Source of the DNA: Orbicella franksi
Taxonomy: Eukaryota
Assembly: GCA_964199315.1 (NCBI GenBank)
Contig: OZ116712.1
Location: 6,014,001 to 6,078,000 of the forward strand
Length of the DNA: 64,000 bases
Reading direction: 5' to 3'
Shown here: positions 58,190-64,000 of the stretch, one piece after another
Layout of the letters: each line of letters begins with the position of its first letter
Position numbering within the stretch: the first letter of the stretch is position 1
Translations under genes and position numbers: made by a program
The notes under the pieces: generated by a model
The model's database searches: none
Told to the model about the DNA's origin: nothing
The model's input: the letters and a program-made list of their open reading frames with translations, nothing else

Positions 58190-58631
58190 TACAGTCGAAT
58201 CCCTCCTAAGTGGCCATCCTCAAGGAAATTGGAGGCTGGGCCGTGATAGGGGTTCGAAACGTCAATTTATTCAAATTCAAACTTGCTTTAAGGCAACATA
58301 GAATCACATTGAGACAACAATAAACATGTGTTTGAATGTTTTGTCAGTGGTTTGTTTCTATTTCGGACTCTTACCCGTCGTCGCATTTTCCAAAAAAAAA
58401 CTTGAGCCAAGCATTGTGTATTAAATATTGGGCGGCCGTATAATAGGGTAGGGATAATATCAGAAAACCCTCACTGGTACGACCAAAAGGTGGCCCGGCC
58501 TCTTAACAGAGGTGGCTGGTTAATCGGAGTTTTATTTACAGTATTTAATTTTACGGACAATAATTTCGGGACTTTGATCGACTGAGGGCTTTATAGAACA
58601 GGGGGTGGCCACATAATAGAGGTTAGACTGT
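58190..58631. mobile_element. Tc1/mariner(pogo)-type MITE
   Basis: TA|CAGTCGAA...TTAGACTG|TA termini with gaggtggc(c/t) sub-repeats. Confidence 0.6.
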
Positions 58632-59330
58632 AATAATAGGTAATAACAGCACTTCATTTATATGACGCCAGAATTCAAAAGACCAATGGCCTTTTACGGA
58701 ACGTAAGAACAAAGATAAAAAATATACAATTACGGAAAATTATCTAACAATTGGATAGCAGAACGAAATGATAATTGTACATACTCTGATTCATGTACAA
58801 AACAGCTTCTTTGAAATGGTGTGATTTTATAAGAGATTTAAAGGAATCCAGCGATTCTGCTTGTCCGCTCTCTCATCTAGTAAAGTGATCAACAGTTAAG
58901 AAGGCTGGTCGTCCTCAGCTCTCTCAGGATTCCGATATGTGAAAGGGTGGGAGGTGCTCGTCCTCTCGGTCAGGCCGCTTAGGGGTGTAGATCACAGATT
59001 TTGGTCTCATTTAAGACGTTCAGGAAAAAATGCACTGTTTAGTCTAGCCGTCAAGTTATTTTCTTAGAGTTGCGAGTGAACAGAAAAGAAATAACGCTGA
59101 CATACTTTTAAAATCTGTTTAGCATCATTAAAAATCATTTTTAGCTTGCGAGCAGGTTCTCATGTGCTGCGGCACGAAAGATGACGCCCCAATAGATGAG
59201 CTGGTGAGGCAAGCGAGTCGCACTGTAGTCCAAACTTGTCTGTCTGTATTTCAGTGTATCTCTGAGGAGAGTTGTTAGTTAGTTACCTTGGTGGGGTATT
59301 AAGCAAGCCTCTTATGGAAGTAGGCTTGTG

Positions 59331-61405
59331 TCAAGTTTGCTTTGAAGCATCTCTTTCATAGAGTTTCATCTTGTCGTTCGAGAGCCAACCGTGTTCTTTC
59401 AATTGCAGCTGTTCTTCCATAACTTTCCTTGCCAAAGGAGTTAAACTTTTGTCTTGAACCTGAGAAATGAAAATAAAATCACCATTGATTACTTTACTGG
59501 CAGCCTTCAATTGGTGTAGGAGATGCGCTTCAAAAAGAACAATATCATTGGTGTAAAATGTAGCCAGCCATTTTACGAATTTCACTCTCGGTGAAAAAGT
59601 CCCAAGGCTAAAAGACCTTGGTAAGGCATCATCAGCACATTTTTCGACAAACATTTCATCGCTCTCCTGTAGTATGTCATCGACATTTGATCGGAGAGGC
59701 TCGAAAGGACACCAGTTCATGACGATGATGTTGTCCGGAAATAGCTGAGCTTTCACTGGGCCAGAGAGGATAACGTCAGAAAAATACTCTCTTGAGCATA
59801 TCTTTATCCCCACAGAACTGGTCTTGGATATTTCAGCCTCACCATTAAATTTCTTTTGAACATGGTATGCCAAGAAATCGAACTCTAAAAGATTTGTTTT
59901 ATCCGCAGAACTTGCAAGATCCGCAGGAGTCGTGAATCGTTCTCGTTGTACACTGGGATAATGTTCTCTGACATATTTTCTGGCATATTCTCTCAGTTGT
60001 CGCACAAGACCTTGTCCTCGAAGCTCGGCCAGAATTCGTTCCGCTCGACGGATAAATGTCCGACCTTCATCTACCACAAAGCATGCTGTTAAACCGATAA
60101 GTTTGTCGCCAGAATAAGCAAGTAGAAAAACCAAATTGTCCTTCTGAAGCCATTTGTGAAATGTTAACGAAAGATAGTCCAGTCCATCGTAAATTCCTTC
60201 CGATAGTTTTACAACTGCATCGAAATCGCCAAACTGGGCGAGGCGGAATGTTAATCCAGGCCTTGTAGCATTCGTACCTAAACAATGGAATCCAAATTGC
60301 AAAGCTTTAGTTAAGACTGAAAATCAATCAAAGTATCCGCTGTAAAAACTCAGCAACCAACGACAACGAGAGATATTGCAGTTACCTAGGAGTAAGAGAA
60401 GGTAAAGGTAAGAGAGTTGATCCCCATGCATATAGACCTTATTCTCGATGGAATCGAGTTATTTTAGATATGGCATCCAGTCCTCCCACAGTTAATGTGG
60501 TTATCACCTGTGCCGCGCAGATACATTTCTGAATCCCGGTATGATCTAAAAAAATGATTAACATCAGGATAAGACCTACATGGGAGGTTGACTCGCTAAC
60601 GCTTCTTCTCTCTTTCGACCTCTCTGTCTAGGAGTTAGTATTTTGTTAAACTCCTAAAAGTGCGTTCTCTGGCTCGCTCATTCTACATGTCCTTTGTCTT
60701 GAGTACTACAGCCTGCGTGCGGGCGTTAACTATTTCCTTTCACATGGAAAATTTAAGTGACATCCTCCTGATCCTGACTCGCGGATTCAAACCGTAGATT
60801 AAATAAGCAAGTCTGTGCTTAATTTCAAATTTTGATACTCTTGGGCACTGAAATATTCACTTATCAAATCATTAGATATATTGCTACAATGCTGGATTAT
60901 CGCGGTACGAATTGGGCACTCACGCACGCGAAAACTGCTGCGACCTCCGTCGTCAGACTACCCTGTGAGCAGAGTTACTTCGATCTTCCGCAGATACCGA
61001 CTTATTAAGGAAAGATCCAAGCGAGTCAGCTCGACGGGTATATCGAGTTATTTGCATGAGTTAAGTCAATAAGCCAATGAGATCAAATGTCTATTAAATA
61101 TCAAATGCTGAGTCGCTTCGATCCTACTTGTATGTATTCCTCGTTCTGAAGAGAAACGCTTACTAATTACATACAGGCAAAGACGTAGTCCTCGTTTTAC
61201 AATAAGCACCAACTGCTTAACGAAATACCTTCATAAGCGTATTAGCTAATTTTGTATTCATCCACCGCGGACCATGTTATCGGTTCTGCTTGGTCGGGTA
61301 GTCTGATCGAATTTGCCCACGAATCTCGCCAGTTCGAGGTAAGATGGAACAAAAAATAAAGTACCACTTAGAATATGTAGGCTACTTACCAGCAATAGCT
61401 TCCAT
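59331..61405 (-). CDS. NAT16/histidine N-acetyltransferase-like GNAT, paralogue B (about 320 aa, 2 exons)
   Basis: Exon 2 is 59331-60277 (acceptor tttag|gt, phase 1): LTFRLAQFGDFDAVVKLSEGIYDGLDYL, ELRGQGL. Inferred exon 1 is 61390-61405 (ATG GAA GCT ATT GCT G|GTAAGT, phase 1). The track's 60302 start is TTG. Confidence 0.8.
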
Positions 61406-62397
61406 ATCATTTCAGCTCATGGTTCATTTGCCCTCCGATCCCGCGACCGACATCGACAGCTCCAAGAGCATATACTGCTGGCAGTCTGTTTTTCTCTCGA
61501 AATTCAGCAGGGTTTTCCGGTTATGAGGAGTGACGCTTTAGCGTAAAGGGGAATGGGTCGAGACATGCGCGCGGCACGCACGAGAAGTTTTTTCTCGTCT
61601 CGCCTTCTTCCCCACTCGGCCACTGCCATAGCACCCTTTTGTACCGTTGCAGTTATGTCCTATGTAGCAGACATGTCCTCTGACGTAATGTGATATACGG
61701 AGCCAATCATATCATGTGTTCTATCTAATAACACGCAGCATAAGACTGGTAACTAAACTCCGTTGCAGTTGGGTCTTCGAGCAAAATTGATTTTTGGAGG
61801 GGTGGCGTTCGGAAGCAGTATTTGACTTTGTATGTCTCTACTCTGAACCAGAGTGACTCTGAACGTAAATATGCAGCGACTATTTGCAAGAATGGCATTT
61901 ACCTCACAAGATTTCTATCGAAAATTGACCGCTTAGTGTATTTTCAGTTTCAAATTTAACATGAAAGTTCGATCGAAGATTTAAACAGTGGTTGCTCTCC
62001 GGTTTGCGAACTGCGTGTTCCCGGCCAGCCAATATTAAACTCCGCGCTTTGATTATCCTCAAATTATTCAGATCGTTTAATGATATTACAGAGGCAAAAC
62101 AAAATTTCTGAGAAGCAGTGTAACCAATTTTAGTTTCGGTGCTGTAAAACTACCACTCAATCTGCGCAGTATTTCTCTATTCCCAATCTTGTCACTCACA
62201 CGAAATCCGGTTCGCGAAAGCCCTCTTCTCAGTATAAGTTTGTTGAGGCTGACTGAACCTTTTTGGGTAAGCCATCTCCTGTAGCATCGAACATTTATTA
62301 CAGAAATTTTCTTGTCGAGTAGATTTTTATGGCCGGAGTGCTTTCTAACTGTTCCTAGTTCGATTTGCTTTACAAAACAGCAGTAGTAGTCAAAAAA

Positions 62398-62677
62398 CCA
62401 CAGAGCACTTTGTGGCGTATTGAACACACCACAGAGCGCTTTGTGGCCTACTCAAAACACCACAGAGCGCTTTGTGGCCTATTCAAAACACCACAAAGCG
62501 CTATGTGGTGTTTTATTTTGGGATTTAACATGCTACAAAATAATTTGGTTTTTCCAATTTTTCACACCACAAAGCGCTTTGTGGCCTATTCAAAACACCA
62601 CAAAGCGCTTTGTGACCTATTCAAAACACCACAAAGCGCTTTGTGGCCTATTCAATACACCACAAAGCGCTTTGTGG
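62398..62677. repeat. 31-bp minisatellite built on an 18-bp perfect palindrome; two blocks of 4 units
   Basis: CCACAAAGCGCTTTGTGG plus a 13-nt linker (cctattcaaaaca). Units start at 62398, 62429, 62460 and 62491, followed by an AT-rich break and 4 more units. Confidence 0.93.
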
Positions 62678-64000
62678 TCGTCATCGTAATCATAGCGATT
62701 CTGTCAGTGGAAATTATACTATGTGGACAAAACTGGCAGAGGGGTTCTATTATTTTGACAGGGAGGTTGGCAAGATTTTCGCACCACCCCTTACATTAAT
62801 TATGCATGCAATTTTTTGACTGACTCGTTCTTTTCACGATTGCTGTTTGAGTATAATGTGATAGTTTGAGATAGTTGCATACATAATTAATGTATGGCGC
62901 TGTACGGAAATCGTACCTGGAGGTTAGCTGAGTGCTCTTAAAGAAACCTCTGAAAGGAACCAATAGATTTTCGCAAACGTGCTGAGCAAGTTTATGTTGA
63001 ACACTATTTCAGTTTTTGTTTTTAGAAAGAAATATCACCGAACCCCCGATATAAGACTTGATACCCTTAAAAGTACTCGTTATGGTTATCTGAGAGAGCA
63101 CTGACTGCTAATGAGATTTGCATTCCTGGGATCGGCTGGAACTAGCTACAACGGGTACGTGTTATTAACCGGGAGAGACGATGAAATGAAAGCAGAAGGT
63201 TGAAAATTAGGAATTCAGTGATACCTCAACCTATCACTTGTTTCGGTTAGAGAATCTTAGAGGGATTTATTATGTTCATTGATTTATAGCTCTATTGTTA
63301 GTCCTCGTTTGTAGGCACACCCCTCAGGAATTTACCATTGAACATGGAATGAAACTTTAGTCGGATACTGATATGGGTATTTCTTTTTTTAACAAGTTTA
63401 TGGATCTCGCCGTGACATTGCAAGGCGAAGAACTCGACCAATGTTTTACCAACACGGACCTCATACTAGTTCAATAACATAATTCAGTTATGACAAAGAA
63501 GATTACAAATCTTTTTTTATTTATTTATGGCTAGACTGGAATTTATACAACTGGTGTTTTCATGAGCAGGTATAATTACCATTATCACTATCAACTGGAA
63601 TCTTATAGATCTTTCTACACACGGGCGAACCAAAACAATCTGACTTGTGACCTTGAATTAATTGGCTTGAATTATGTGCAATGCTCACGTATGATACAAA
63701 CCGTTGCTTTATCCAAACATTTTCGAAAATTATATTTTAGGGCATGTTTTTAGCCTGTGTTGTAAAACCACTATAATCTTGAGATTTGTATTGTTACAAA
63801 GGCAAAATAACCAAAGTTAGAATTAGTCTGAGAAATTCTATTTTTGACAGATAAATGCCTTTTGGACATACTAATATAATACTTATCATTGCATTTACAG
63901 TGGTGCACTTCTAACACAGACCACCAAACTAATTTTTTTTCATCATTTTTTGACATGTTTTCAACAACTTTCCTATGGCTTCCATTCAAATCTGGCAAAT

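Noticed and set aside
62398-62677. CRISPR-like palindromic repeat array
   Set aside because: Spacers are only 13 nt and nearly identical, there are no cas genes, and the context is eukaryotic; it is a tandem repeat.
62086-62799. ORFs with TPQSALW / HHKAL / TTKRFV repeats
   Set aside because: Products of the 31-bp minisatellite cycling through frames.

Overview
AT-rich eukaryotic genomic DNA with GT-AG introns. The gene content and repeat landscape suggest a cnidarian, probably a stony coral (inference). Two large multi-exon genes were reconstructed by hand with consistent splice phases: the 3' 15 exons of the eIF2-alpha kinase GCN2/EIF2AK4 (+, 192-14910) and a complete 31-exon CFAP70/TTC18 (-, 27453-47143). 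Other genes are an intronless membrane-anchored LURP-one/tubby-like protein, two NAT16/histidine N-acetyltransferase-like GNAT paralogues, a clan-3-like cytochrome P450 with a +1 frameshift, a tail-to-tail inverted pair of LamG-like (ConA-lectin fold) ORFs and an orphan Ser/Arg-rich ORF. Mobile DNA comprises a 5'-truncated Penelope-like element carrying a minimal hammerhead ribozyme, RTE and CR1/L2-type fragments, two tRNA-SINE-like families and many MITEs. There are several mini- and microsatellites and one assembly gap. No CRISPR, rRNA or intact tRNA genes were found. All homology calls come from motif recognition, not database searches.
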